Positions 1-9,768 are shown, numbered from the stretch's first letter. The stretch is 64,000 nucleotides of DNA from Deltaproteobacteria bacterium (GCA_016219005.1 JACRCN010000033.1:7595-71594); one strand, 5' to 3'. Numbers and translations: made by a program. The notes: generated by a model not told the origin, from the letters alone.

Positions 1-1152
1 GCCCAGTCCCAGGAAATTCCTGATTCCTGGCCGGGTGTCCTTGAAAAAGCCAGGGGTCAGACCGTCTATTTTAATGCCTGGGCCGGCGACGAGAACACCA
101 ATGCTTTCATCGCCTGGGTCGGGCAGCGCGTGCGCGAAGCGCACGGCATCGAACTCAAGCACGTGAAAATCACGCTCACCTCGGAGGCCGTTGCCAGAGT
201 AATCGCCGAAATGGCCGCCGGCCGGCACACGGGCGGGTCGGTCGATTTGATCTGGATCAACGGGGAGAACTTCCTCGCGATGAAGGAGCAGAAGCTGCTC
301 TTCGGGCCCTTCACCCAGCGGCTGCCCAACACGTCCCTGGTGGACACGGCCGGCAAACCCACCACCGTCATCGACTTCACCGTGCCGGTGGACGGCCTGG
401 AGTCGCCCTGGCGGATGGCGCAAATCGTCTATGCCTATGACTCCGCCCGTTTGCAGAATCCACCGCGCTCGATTCCGGCGATGCTCGACTGGGCCCGCCG
501 GAACCCCGGCCGCATCACGCATCCGCGGATCCGCAACTTTCTCGGGTCCACCTTCCTAAAGCAGGCTCTGCATGAGCTGGCCGACGACCCGAAGGTGCTG
601 CTGGAGCCGGCTACCGAGGCCAGCTTCATCGCCGTGACGGCGCCGCTCTGGCGCTGGTACGAACAGCTCAAGCCCACCATGTGGCGCAAAGGCGAGCAGT
701 TCCCGGAGACCGGCCCCGCCATGCGCCAGCTTCTGGCGGACGGCGAGATCGACATCATGATCTCCTTCAACCCCAACGAGGCCTCCACCGCCATCGGCAA
801 GGGCATCCTGCCGGACAGTGTGCGGACCTTCGTGCTGGAGAAAGGCACCATCGGCAACACCAGCTTCGTGGCCATCCCCACCAATGCGGCGCACAAGGAA
901 GGCGCTATGGCGGTGGCGAACTTCCTGCTTTCGCCCGAATCCCAGGCCCACGCCATGCATCCGAACAGCATGGGCAATTTTACCGTCCTCGACCTGAACC
1001 GCCTGACGCCCGCGGACCGCAAACGCTTCGAGGACCTGCCCCGGGGGGTGGCCACGCTAAGCGCCGCCGAACTGGGCCGGCCGTTGCTCGAGCCGCACCC
1101 GTCCTGGATGAACCGCATCGTTGACGAATGGGAACGCCGCTACGCCAAGTGA
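1..1152 (+). CDS. ABC transporter periplasmic substrate-binding protein, YnjB-like (5' end outside window)
   Basis: Frame 1 is open from base 1. The translation (VYFNAWAGDENTNAFIAWV...GGSVDLIWINGENF) resembles the YnjB/thiamine-type binding-protein family. It is followed by an overlapping permease gene. Confidence 0.7.
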   Translation, partial: AQSQEIPDSWPGVLEKARGQTVYFNAWAGDENTNAFIAWVGQRVREAHGIELKHVKITLTSEAVARVIAEMAAGRHTGGSVDLIWINGENFLAMKEQKLLFGPFTQRLPNTSLVDTAGKPTTVIDFTVPVDGLESPWRMAQIVYAYDSARLQNPPRSIPAMLDWARRNPGRITHPRIRNFLGSTFLKQALHELADDPKVLLEPATEASFIAVTAPLWRWYEQLKPTMWRKGEQFPETGPAMRQLLADGEIDIMISFNPNEASTAIGKGILPDSVRTFVLEKGTIGNTSFVAIPTNAAHKEGAMAVANFLLSPESQAHAMHPNSMGNFTVLDLNRLTPADRKRFEDLPRGVATLSAAELGRPLLEPHPSWMNRIVDEWERRYAK

Positions 1153-2852
1153 CATCCCCGCGGTCCGCAGGGGATTCCGTGCTGCGGCTCTTCCCCGTCG
1201 TCACCCTGGCGGTGTTCCTCGCGCCGGTGGCTGCCGGGATGGTAGCCACCGCCCTGCCCGCCTTCGGCTATCTGCCCGCTCTCGGCGGGCATCAGGTCGG
1301 CGGCGCCCCCTGGCAGCGCCTGCTCGCCACCCCGGGGTTCTGGACGTCGGTGCACCTGACGGTCCAGAGCGGTTTGCTCGCAACGCTTCTCGCACTGGCG
1401 ATCGTCATCGGCTTTTGCAGCGCGATGCACAACACCCGCCTGTTCCGGCGGGCCCAGGTCATCCTCTCGCCGCTGCTGGCCACCCCCCATGTCGCGGTCG
1501 CCATCGGCTTGGCGTTTCTCATCGCCCCGGCCGGATGGGCCAGCCGGCTGGTTTCCCCGGGGCTGACGGGCTGGCAGCGGCCGCCCGACCTGGCCATCGT
1601 GCATGATGCGGGCGGGCTGTCGTTCGTCCTCGGGCTGCTGCTCAAGGAAGTGCCTTACCTGATGTTCATGACCCTGTCCGCCCTCAATCAGATCCGTTCG
1701 GGGGAAACGCTGGTTGCGGCGCGCTCGCTCGGGTATCCGCCCGCCGCGGCCTGGCTCAAGACGGTTCTGCCGCAAATCTATCCGCAGATCCGTCTGCCGG
1801 TCTACGCGGTGCTGGCCTTTTCCATGTCGGTGGTGGACGTGGCCGTCGTGCTGGCGCCGACCAACCCGCCGCCGCTCAGCACGCTGGTCTTCCGCATGTT
1901 CACCGACCGGGACCTCGCCGTGGTCTTTCCGGCCTGCGCCGGGGCCTGCCTGCAGTTGCTGCTGGTGGTCGCAATGCTCGGCGTGTGGCGCGCGGGGGAA
2001 CTCGGATTCCCGATGCTGACCCGGCGCTGGCTTACCGCAGGCGGCACGCATAAAACAGGGGCTGGGCTGCGCGCAATGTGGACGGCGGTGATGGCGACGA
2101 TGGTGGCCCTTTCGATCCTGGGCACGCTGTCCCTGGCGGTCTGGTCTTTCACGCAAACGTGGTTCTACCCGCGCGCTCTCCCGGCCGCCTGGACGCTGTC
2201 CCACTGGGAACGGCACGCGGCGGACCTGGCCGGCCCCGGGGGCACGACCCTGGCAACCGGCCTGGCCGCGGCCCTCCTGGCCATGGTGCTCTCGCTCGGC
2301 TGCCTGCAAAACGAACGGGTCAACGGTTTAGGGTCCGCTGCGCGCGCGCTGTGGCTGCTGTACACGCCGCTGCTCGTCCCGCAAATCGCCTTTCTGTTCG
2401 GAGCCCAGATGCTGCTGGTGCGGATGGGCCTTGACGGCACCTGGATCGCCCTGATCTGGAGCCACCTGCTGTTTGTCTTCCCGTACGTATTCCTGTCGCT
2501 GGCGGACCCCTGGCGGTCCTTCGACCTGCGCTACCGGAACTCGGCTCTCGCGCTCACCGGCTCGCCGCTCAGAACCTTCCTGCGAATCGAGCTGCCGCTG
2601 ATGGGCAGGCCCGCGCTCTTCGCGCTGGCCATCGGGTTCGCCGTCAGCGTGGGGCAGTACCTGCCGACGATCTTTGCCGGCGGAGGGCGTTTCACCACGC
2701 TGACGGTGGAAGCCGTAACACTCTCCAGCGGGAGCGACGCGCGGGTCACCGGCATCTACGCGCTGGTGCAGGCTGGACTGCCGCTCTTGGCCTACATGCT
2801 GGCGATCGCCTATCCCGCCTGGAGATACCGCCACCGCAAGGGCATGGGTTGA
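1128..2852 (+). CDS. ABC transporter permease, duplicated-domain YnjC-like
   Basis: 574-aa polytopic hydrophobic ORF with two permease-like halves, overlapping the binding-protein gene. An alternative GTG start lies at 1179. No cognate ATPase gene follows. Confidence 0.75.
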   Translation: MGTPLRQVTSPRSAGDSVLRLFPVVTLAVFLAPVAAGMVATALPAFGYLPALGGHQVGGAPWQRLLATPGFWTSVHLTVQSGLLATLLALAIVIGFCSAMHNTRLFRRAQVILSPLLATPHVAVAIGLAFLIAPAGWASRLVSPGLTGWQRPPDLAIVHDAGGLSFVLGLLLKEVPYLMFMTLSALNQIRSGETLVAARSLGYPPAAAWLKTVLPQIYPQIRLPVYAVLAFSMSVVDVAVVLAPTNPPPLSTLVFRMFTDRDLAVVFPACAGACLQLLLVVAMLGVWRAGELGFPMLTRRWLTAGGTHKTGAGLRAMWTAVMATMVALSILGTLSLAVWSFTQTWFYPRALPAAWTLSHWERHAADLAGPGGTTLATGLAAALLAMVLSLGCLQNERVNGLGSAARALWLLYTPLLVPQIAFLFGAQMLLVRMGLDGTWIALIWSHLLFVFPYVFLSLADPWRSFDLRYRNSALALTGSPLRTFLRIELPLMGRPALFALAIGFAVSVGQYLPTIFAGGGRFTTLTVEAVTLSSGSDARVTGIYALVQAGLPLLAYMLAIAYPAWRYRHRKGMG

Positions 2853-3314
2853 ACGTCCGCGGGCTCCGCCCAGACCGCTGCCCCTCCCTTCGTAACGGAT
2901 CTGTCTCAGTTCCATCACGCAGCCACGGTCAGCGATGGTCAGCGTTCGACGTTCGTTCTGTTCTATTGGCAGAATCGTGGTGCCGGCCCTGTTTATGGCC
3001 TCAATTTTCTCAAATTAAATAAGGTCGTACGCAAGATTATCCAGGCATTCGGGTTTCAGACTTCTGCTTATACAATGCTTTCGATTCACATGCGTCGAAT
3101 TGCTTTTAAGATCCAGCACCCCATCTGGCCTGTCCTTGTGTGGCTTAAATAAACCAGGGTCTTGGGTCGAGCCATTTCCCAATCCGCATTTGCAGTGTCA
3201 ATCGGCCACCCCCAATCGATTTAGATTATCTATTTGACATATGCATTTAAACAATAATAAAAGTGCGCCAATTAATTTCATTGGCATGGCCTTCTATCTC
3301 GAAAAGCTACGGCT

Positions 3315-3788
3315 ATGGTCAACACATTGACATCGATTTGGACCTATCGACTCATCCGCTGGCTGCTGTCGTTTATATTTCTGTATGCCGGCGCGACCAA
3401 ACTTGCGGACCCCCAGGCATTTGCCGCCCTGATCGACGCCTACGGCATCGTTGCCGATCCCTTGTTGATGCCGGTTGCGGTCGGGCTGCCGTTGCTTGAA
3501 GTGCTGGCGGCGATCGGTTTGATGGCCGATATCCGCGGATCGCTTGCCGCGGTTTCCGGGCTCATGGCGATTTTTATAACCATACTGATTTATGGCATTC
3601 GGATGGGCCTCGATGTGGACTGCGGCTGCTTCGGCCCGGAGGACATCGAGTCCCGGGCCTATCACGGCCTTTGGGAAGCACTCTACCGCGACCTCGTGAT
3701 GGCGACCGGGATCGTTTATCTCTATGGATGGCGCCGCTTCCGGTCTGCCGGTTCGGCAAACTGTCACAGTTACTTCAATGCATGCTGA
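3315..3788 (+). CDS. MauE/DoxX family redox-associated membrane protein
   Basis: 157-aa protein with four hydrophobic segments and the MauE-type DCGCFG motif. Confidence 0.75.
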   Translation: MVNTLTSIWTYRLIRWLLSFIFLYAGATKLADPQAFAALIDAYGIVADPLLMPVAVGLPLLEVLAAIGLMADIRGSLAAVSGLMAIFITILIYGIRMGLDVDCGCFGPEDIESRAYHGLWEALYRDLVMATGIVYLYGWRRFRSAGSANCHSYFNAC

Positions 3789-3802
3789 GAGGAGAATTGA
3801 AG

Positions 3803-4327
3803 ATGGGGAATTGGGCTAAATCCGGTCTCATTCTGTGCGTTTTCGTTTTCATTGGCGCCGGTGTCGTTATGGCCGCGGATAAGTTCGAAGAGGAATTCAA
3901 CTGGGAGAAGATCAGCATCGGCCTTTACAACCAGACCAAGGCCGGTGGCTACAAGCTGGTCGGCACCGAAGAACTGAAGGGCTGGATCGATGCCAGGAAG
4001 GAGATGCTGATCGTCGACACGATGCCTTACGAGGACAGCTACAAGAAGGAACACATCCCCGGCGCCAAGCAGTTCCTCTTCCCCATTCCGGACATGAAAA
4101 CCTGGGACGTTAAGGAGACCGCCGGCAAGAGCGAGCAGGATTTCGTACAGATCCTGGGGCCCGACAAAAATAAGCTGATCGTGATCTACTGCGGATTCGT
4201 CAAGTGCACCCGCAGCCACAACGGGGCCGTCTGGGCGGTCAAGAACGGCTACACCAACGTGTATCGATACCCGGGTGGGATCTTCGCCTGGAAAGGAGCG
4301 AAGTACCCGACGGCGGACGTTAAATAG
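3803..4327 (+). CDS. exported rhodanese-domain sulfurtransferase
   Basis: ATG at 3803 is preceded by GAGAGGAG. It has an N-terminal signal peptide (LILCVFVFIGAGVVMAADK) and a rhodanese fold with an active-site region IYCGFVKCTRS. The longer ORF starting at 3671 was rejected. Confidence 0.75.
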   Translation: MGNWAKSGLILCVFVFIGAGVVMAADKFEEEFNWEKISIGLYNQTKAGGYKLVGTEELKGWIDARKEMLIVDTMPYEDSYKKEHIPGAKQFLFPIPDMKTWDVKETAGKSEQDFVQILGPDKNKLIVIYCGFVKCTRSHNGAVWAVKNGYTNVYRYPGGIFAWKGAKYPTADVK

Positions 4328-4339
4328 AGGTTTTCAGGG

Positions 4340-4900
4340 GTGAATGATTCGGTCATAACGCCGGTCGATGTGCCCGTATTCATCGGCGAGCGGGCGCAAA
4401 ACCTTTTTCGCAGCCGGCAGATGTACTGCTCGGAGGCGGTCTTGGTTGTGTTGAACAATGTGCTGGGCGGAGGGCTCACGGAAAACCAAGCTTCTGCCCT
4501 TGCGGCACCGTTTGCGGAAGGCGTCGGGAAAAACGGATGCCTTTGCGGGGCTCTGGCGGGGGCACTCTTGGCTGTGGGGCTCTTCCTCGGATCGTCCAAC
4601 CCTGTAGGGCGCCGAAAACCCGTTCAAGTTGCGTCGGGTATTTTGATGAAACGCTTCAAACTGCGATTCGGCGCCTCATGTTGCCGGATCCTATCCAGGA
4701 AAGATCAAGGCGATCCCGTTCCGGTTTTCGATCGGTGCGCGCAGCAGACCGCCGAAGCCGCCGCCATGGCCGCATCGCTGATCATGGAACATCGACCGGA
4801 AGTGAAACAGCATGCGGATATTGATTATTTAAATGCCCGCGATTCGGTAGTCAGCGGGTTTTTCAAGAATTCACTCCGGCGCACGGGTTGCCGGATCTAA
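4340..4900 (+). CDS. C_GCAxxG_C_C family putative redox-active protein
   Basis: Conserved pattern YCSEAV ... GCLCGALAGA ... FGASCCRIL, typical of the C_GCAxxG_C_C family. GTG start. Confidence 0.7.
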   Translation: MNDSVITPVDVPVFIGERAQNLFRSRQMYCSEAVLVVLNNVLGGGLTENQASALAAPFAEGVGKNGCLCGALAGALLAVGLFLGSSNPVGRRKPVQVASGILMKRFKLRFGASCCRILSRKDQGDPVPVFDRCAQQTAEAAAMAASLIMEHRPEVKQHADIDYLNARDSVVSGFFKNSLRRTGCRI

Positions 4901-5125
4901 CATCGGAAGAATGGCCCTTCATCTAATGTTGTTCACTGCTTCCATCAAAAGCCACAAGATGGCCATCGTTGATTTATACCCTGGCTTTACCTGAGTGAAT
5001 TGCCTGGACGCGATCCGGGTGAGCTTCGCGCAGGATCAGGCCGAGGTTCCCGCTTTCCTTCCCTGTTAATCACCACATCTCCAAATCACCTCTGCCTGAA
5101 TCCAAATCGGTCCCAACAGATATAA

Positions 5126-5217
5126 AGGGGCAATGGTGCTGGGCACCCCGCGGTCTTCAAAACCGTCGGCCTCGTCTTAACAACGTGGAGGAGGTTCGAT
5201 TCCCCTTGCCCCTTCCA
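5126..5217 (+). tRNA. selC: tRNA-Sec (anticodon UCA)
   Basis: Anticodon loop CUUCAAA on a GCGGU/ACCGU stem, with a long variable arm, a GGTTCGATTCC T-loop and encoded CCA. The acceptor arm AGGGGCAA pairs with TTGCCCCT (8 bp). It ends 23 nt before selB. The exact 5' end and the 8/5 versus 7/5 stem partition are uncertain. Confidence 0.8.
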
Positions 5218-5240
5218 AAAGGATTGGCCATCGGTTCGAT

Positions 5241-7163
5241 ATGGAAAGCCATTACACAATCGGTTTTGCCGGCCATGTCGATCACGGCAAAACGTCGCTG
5301 GTACGCTGTTTAACCGGTGTCGACACCGATCGAAAACCCGAGGAAAAACTGCGTGGAATGTCAATCGAAGCGGGTGTGGCACCCCTCAATCTGCCCTCCG
5401 GCAGGCAAGTCGCAGTAATCGATGTTCCCGGGCACACCGATTTTCTAAAAAACACCATCCGGGGACTCAACAGCGTCGATTTGGGTGTTCTGGTCGTTGC
5501 CGCCGATGACGGCGTCATGCCGCAAACGCGAGAGCATCTTGAGATACTCAAATTTTTCAAGGCGACATCCGGATTTGTCGTATTGAGCAAAACGGATCTG
5601 GTGGACCAAGATACGGTTGAGTTGGCAGAGCTCGAAGTGCGCGAACTGCTGAGTGGGACATTTCTTGATAATCGCCCCTTTTTCAAGTTCACCACAATGA
5701 ACCCGAAGCTTTCAACCGACATTATTCAGGGCATCGATGCCGCTCTCATCGAGCTTCCGACAAAGAAATCCGACCCACCTTTCAGGCTATGGATCGACCA
5801 AGTGCGAACGCTCGTCGGTCACGGCACCGTGGTGAGTGGCACCGTATCCTCCGGGTGCATCCAGTGCGATGACGTAATAGAGCTTTTGCCTTCCGGCAAC
5901 AAGATTCGTGCCCGATCATTGGAAACACACGGAGCCGCGATTTCCAAAGCCGTTGCAGGTCAGAGAGTCGGAATCAATCTCCACCGGGTTCCCATCAATG
6001 AAATTGCTCGAGGGATGGCACTCGTGACGCCTAGCGCGATCCCTCCTGTTAATATGCTGAATGCGGATATCCACGTTTTAGAAAAAGCCAAAAGGGGCCT
6101 CAAAAACCGCCAGAAAGTTAAAATCTACCTCGGCACATCCATAACCAATGCCATGATCATCCTGATGGGTGGGGACCGGCTTGATCCGGGAGAAACCGGT
6201 CTTGCCCAAATTCGGCTGATGAGGCCGGTTGCCGCTACGCCGCAGGAAGCATTCGTTGTTTCGCCGCTAAACATCAACACGGTGATCGCCGGCGGCCGAG
6301 TGCTGGAGGCGGCGCAAGAGAAATATCGAATATCAAAATCCGGTTCGCTCCTTCCGCTTTTGACAGCTCTCCGACTGGCGGATGTTGGCGCATACGTTGA
6401 AACAGTGTTCGCCCATTCCACGGGGTACCTGATCACCGCAAGGGATTTATCCATAAAAACAGGTCTGCCGCATTCTGAGTTCGAGTCGCTGATCAGTTCC
6501 AAGGTACAAAAAGGTGAATTTATCTACATCAAGGGTTACGGCGCCATAAAGAAGACCCATGTGGCCGCGATCAAAACCGGATTTCTGGCCGTTGTGGAGG
6601 AGACATTCAAGAAAGATCCTCTGAAAAAGACCATTCTAATTTCAGAAGCGGCAGAGCGCCTGGAAAATCGGGTTGCGATTGTTCTGCTGCAAATTGTTGC
6701 CGATGAGCTTTGCGCGGAGAACAAGCTGATTCGGCTCCATGGCGGTTACCACACTCCCCTTACCGAAAAATCACTTGATGCGCATCGTGAATCCCTGATT
6801 TCACAACTGCTGGAATATGCACAAAGCTCCGGAGTCACCCCCTTCAGCGCGGACACTTTCTGGAAACTGCACCGGCCGAAGTTCAAGAAAGAGGATATCC
6901 AGCAGTTGCTCAATTATCTTTTTTCACAAGACAAAATGGTGCGGTTGAACGATCAGCGGTTTTTATCCATTGAAGCCCTGGATGAAATCAAGAGGCGCGT
7001 AACACGGACCGCAACGTCAAAAGGGTTCATCACCGTCAACGACTGTAAGGAAGTGCTGGGCTATGGGAGATCGGGCGGCACCCATGTTTTGGATCACCTG
7101 GATAAAACCGGCTTCACCGTGCGGCGGGAAGACAAACACTACCTCATGAAGAGCCTCGCCTGA
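5241..7163 (+). CDS. selB: selenocysteine-specific translation elongation factor SelB
   Basis: 640 aa. GTPase motifs GHVDHGKTSL, DVPGH and SKTD, followed by a long C-terminal winged-helix region typical of SelB. Adjacent to tRNA-Sec. Confidence 0.9.
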   Translation: MESHYTIGFAGHVDHGKTSLVRCLTGVDTDRKPEEKLRGMSIEAGVAPLNLPSGRQVAVIDVPGHTDFLKNTIRGLNSVDLGVLVVAADDGVMPQTREHLEILKFFKATSGFVVLSKTDLVDQDTVELAELEVRELLSGTFLDNRPFFKFTTMNPKLSTDIIQGIDAALIELPTKKSDPPFRLWIDQVRTLVGHGTVVSGTVSSGCIQCDDVIELLPSGNKIRARSLETHGAAISKAVAGQRVGINLHRVPINEIARGMALVTPSAIPPVNMLNADIHVLEKAKRGLKNRQKVKIYLGTSITNAMIILMGGDRLDPGETGLAQIRLMRPVAATPQEAFVVSPLNINTVIAGGRVLEAAQEKYRISKSGSLLPLLTALRLADVGAYVETVFAHSTGYLITARDLSIKTGLPHSEFESLISSKVQKGEFIYIKGYGAIKKTHVAAIKTGFLAVVEETFKKDPLKKTILISEAAERLENRVAIVLLQIVADELCAENKLIRLHGGYHTPLTEKSLDAHRESLISQLLEYAQSSGVTPFSADTFWKLHRPKFKKEDIQQLLNYLFSQDKMVRLNDQRFLSIEALDEIKRRVTRTATSKGFITVNDCKEVLGYGRSGGTHVLDHLDKTGFTVRREDKHYLMKSLA

Positions 7164-8473
7164 TGGGCATTCACGTTTACAATACACTGACCCGGAAAGA
7201 GGAGCCGCTGGAACTCATCTCACCGGGAAAAGTAAGCATCTACGTTTGCGGCCCCACCGTCTACGACGATCCGCATCTGGGACACGCCCGCCCCGCCGTG
7301 GTGTTCGATGTGATAACCCGTTACCTCAAGGCGCAAGGGCATGCCGTTACGTATGTTCGCAACCTCACCGACATAGACGATAAAATCATCGAAAAAGCCC
7401 GCCAACAAAACCGGGATTTTAAGACATTGGGCGGGCACTACGCCAATCGATATCATGAAGCCATGCGGCGCTTGAATGTCGCCGCACCCGACGCTGAGCC
7501 CAAAGCCACTGACCACATCCTCCACATGCGAGATTTCATTTCGAAACTGATCCAACGCGATCATGCCTATCAGTCCCGCGGCAATGTTTACTTCGCGGTT
7601 GAATCTTTCAAAAATTACGGAAGGCTTTCACGCCGCACGGTCCCATCTATTTCCTCGAACTTCTCCGTGGAGCAGGGCAAACGGCACCCGGCCGATTTTG
7701 CCTTATGGAAAGAGGCCAAACCGGAAGAGCCTTCATGGGCGAGCCCCTGGGGGTCTGGACGTCCCGGTTGGCATATCGAATGTTCGGCCATGAGTTCACG
7801 CTTGCTGGGGGAGAACTACGACATCCACGGCGGCGGTGCCGATCTTGTCTTCCCGCATCATGAAAATGAAATCGCGCAGTCGGAGAGCCTTTTCGGGAAA
7901 ACTCCTGCCAATTATTGGATGCATAACGGCCTTGTCTACATCGCCGGCGAGAAGATGTCCAAGTCCCTTGGAAATGCCCTTAATCTTCATGGCCTCCTTG
8001 AAATCCACCGGCCGGAGGCACTGCGCCTGTTTCTGCTGACGAAGCATTATCGGCATCCGATGGAAGTGACCCATCCGGCCTTGCATGAAGCATCCGCCCG
8101 CCTGTCGAAACTTTACCGTTTCCTTTTTCGCAGCGCATGGTCAGACGCTGAATCAGGCGAGCTTGGAATCAACCGAGGCGCCTTATGGACCCGCTTCTGC
8201 AACGCCATGGGAAAAGACTTCAACTTCCCCATGGCCCTGTCCGTTCTCTTCGAGGGTATCCGGCAGGTAAATCTTGTCTCCGGAAACAGCCGGGATGCAG
8301 TGGGTGCCGATCCCGCCTGCCGCGCGATAAGCCTTGTATCGGATATATTCTTCATTTGCCGGGATGTTCTCGGAATTGCGCCGGAGCCATCCATGGATGC
8401 ATGGCCATATGAAACCGAGACAAAATTGAGTGATGGCAAACTGCAAACCGCTACTTTTAGGAGGGCATCATGA
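7163..8473 (+). CDS. cysS: cysteine--tRNA ligase
   Basis: Class I motifs HLGH (HIGH) and KMSKS, with Zn/Cys-site residues CGPTVYD, GWHIECS and FPHHENE. Its start overlaps the selB stop (TGATG). Confidence 0.9.
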   Translation: MGIHVYNTLTRKEEPLELISPGKVSIYVCGPTVYDDPHLGHARPAVVFDVITRYLKAQGHAVTYVRNLTDIDDKIIEKARQQNRDFKTLGGHYANRYHEAMRRLNVAAPDAEPKATDHILHMRDFISKLIQRDHAYQSRGNVYFAVESFKNYGRLSRRTVPSISSNFSVEQGKRHPADFALWKEAKPEEPSWASPWGSGRPGWHIECSAMSSRLLGENYDIHGGGADLVFPHHENEIAQSESLFGKTPANYWMHNGLVYIAGEKMSKSLGNALNLHGLLEIHRPEALRLFLLTKHYRHPMEVTHPALHEASARLSKLYRFLFRSAWSDAESGELGINRGALWTRFCNAMGKDFNFPMALSVLFEGIRQVNLVSGNSRDAVGADPACRAISLVSDIFFICRDVLGIAPEPSMDAWPYETETKLSDGKLQTATFRRAS

Positions 8474-9747
8474 GTGAAGACTATCGCAGCATGTGGCAGA
8501 ACCTGGGGCTTGATCTGGTCGCTCACGACGCGCTTCTGGGCGTTCTTGGAAAATTCTACCAGGACATCTACCTGGCGCAGAAAAACCGCCCGGCAGGGAT
8601 GCAGTATTTCGATTTTGTCATGAGCGAGGTTCACGGTCTTCGAATCAGGGAACTGCTGGATGAAAAGAAAACCGGCCGCAAAGTGATCGGCACATATTGC
8701 GTGTTTGTCCCGGAGGAGATCGCGCTCGCAGGCAATGCCACGATGGTCGGCCTCTGCGCGGGCGCGGATTTCGCCATGGAAGAGGTGGAGAAAATCCTAC
8801 CCCGCAACACCTGCGCGCTGATCAAGTCCACCTTCGGCTTCAAGCTGGGGAAAGTGTGCCCTTATCTCGAAGCCTCTGACATGATCGTCGGAGAAAATAC
8901 ATGCGACGGGAAGAAGAAGGCTTACGAGTCGCTGGGTTCCCTTGTTTCCAACCTTTACGTGATGGACATCCCGCAAATGAAGTCGGCCCAAGGCCGGGCT
9001 CTGCTCAAATCCGAATACCGGCGCTTCAAGGAGGCCATTGAGAAGCTGACCGGTGTCACCATCGACGGCGCACGCCTCAAACAGGCCATCGAGATCGTCA
9101 ACAACAAGCGAAAGGCCATTCACCGTCTTTCCAAGCTGCGTCAGGCCGACCCGGCACCGATTTCGGGCCTGGATGCACTCCTGGCCAATCAGGTATTTTT
9201 CTACGACAACCCGCAGCGCTTCACGGATTCGGTCAATAAAATCTGCGATGAGTTGGAGAAGCGCGTAGAGCAAAAGCAGGGTGTGTTTCCTGCCGGCACC
9301 CCGCGCATCCTGATGTCCGGCTGCCCCATGGCAGTACCCAACTGGAAACTGCCCTGGATCGTCGAAACCTCGGGCGCCGTCATTGTCGGCGAGGAGTCCT
9401 GCGTAGGCGAACGTGGCACCCGCAACCTGGTGAATGCCTCCGGCAACACGCTGGACGAACTCATGGAGGCCATCATCGACCGCTATTTCCAGGTCGACTG
9501 CGCCATCTTCACCCCGAACCCCGATCGGCTCAAGCATGTCGAGGAGATGGTGAAAGCCTATAAGGCCGACGGCGTTATCCACTACGGACTGCAGTTCTGC
9601 CAGCCCTATCTGATGGAGGCGATTCCGGTCGCAAAAGCGCTTGAAGACCGGAATATCCCGACTCTGAGGATCGAAACCGACTACGGCATGGAAGACGTCG
9701 GTCAGCTGAAAACCAGGGTCGAAGCTTTCATCGAAATGCTGAAATAA
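8470..9747 (+). CDS. 2-hydroxyacyl-CoA dehydratase (HgdB/BcrC/BadD) family Fe-S protein, single-subunit YjiM/double-cubane-cluster-protein-like
   Basis: 425 aa with multiple conserved Cys (YCVFVPEE, CPYLEASDMIVGENTCDGKKK, SGCPM, ESCVGERG). Family recognised from memory. Its start overlaps the cysS stop (ATGA). Confidence 0.75.
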   Translation: MSEDYRSMWQNLGLDLVAHDALLGVLGKFYQDIYLAQKNRPAGMQYFDFVMSEVHGLRIRELLDEKKTGRKVIGTYCVFVPEEIALAGNATMVGLCAGADFAMEEVEKILPRNTCALIKSTFGFKLGKVCPYLEASDMIVGENTCDGKKKAYESLGSLVSNLYVMDIPQMKSAQGRALLKSEYRRFKEAIEKLTGVTIDGARLKQAIEIVNNKRKAIHRLSKLRQADPAPISGLDALLANQVFFYDNPQRFTDSVNKICDELEKRVEQKQGVFPAGTPRILMSGCPMAVPNWKLPWIVETSGAVIVGEESCVGERGTRNLVNASGNTLDELMEAIIDRYFQVDCAIFTPNPDRLKHVEEMVKAYKADGVIHYGLQFCQPYLMEAIPVAKALEDRNIPTLRIETDYGMEDVGQLKTRVEAFIEMLK

Positions 9748-9768
9748 AATGGATTCGGTACATTCTCT

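Noticed and set aside
1140-2309. 389-aa minus-strand ORF and several 60-160-aa ORFs overlapping the YnjB/YnjC genes
   Set aside because: Shadow frames of GC-rich genes with Arg/Pro/Gly-rich composition.
3234-3262. TTGACA followed by an AT-rich -10-like sequence upstream of the MauE gene
   Set aside because: Spacing to the best -10 hexamer (TAATAA) is only about 15 nt. It is plausible but too weak to list as a feature.
5086-5382. 98-aa minus-strand ORF
   Set aside because: It overlaps tRNA-Sec and the start of selB.
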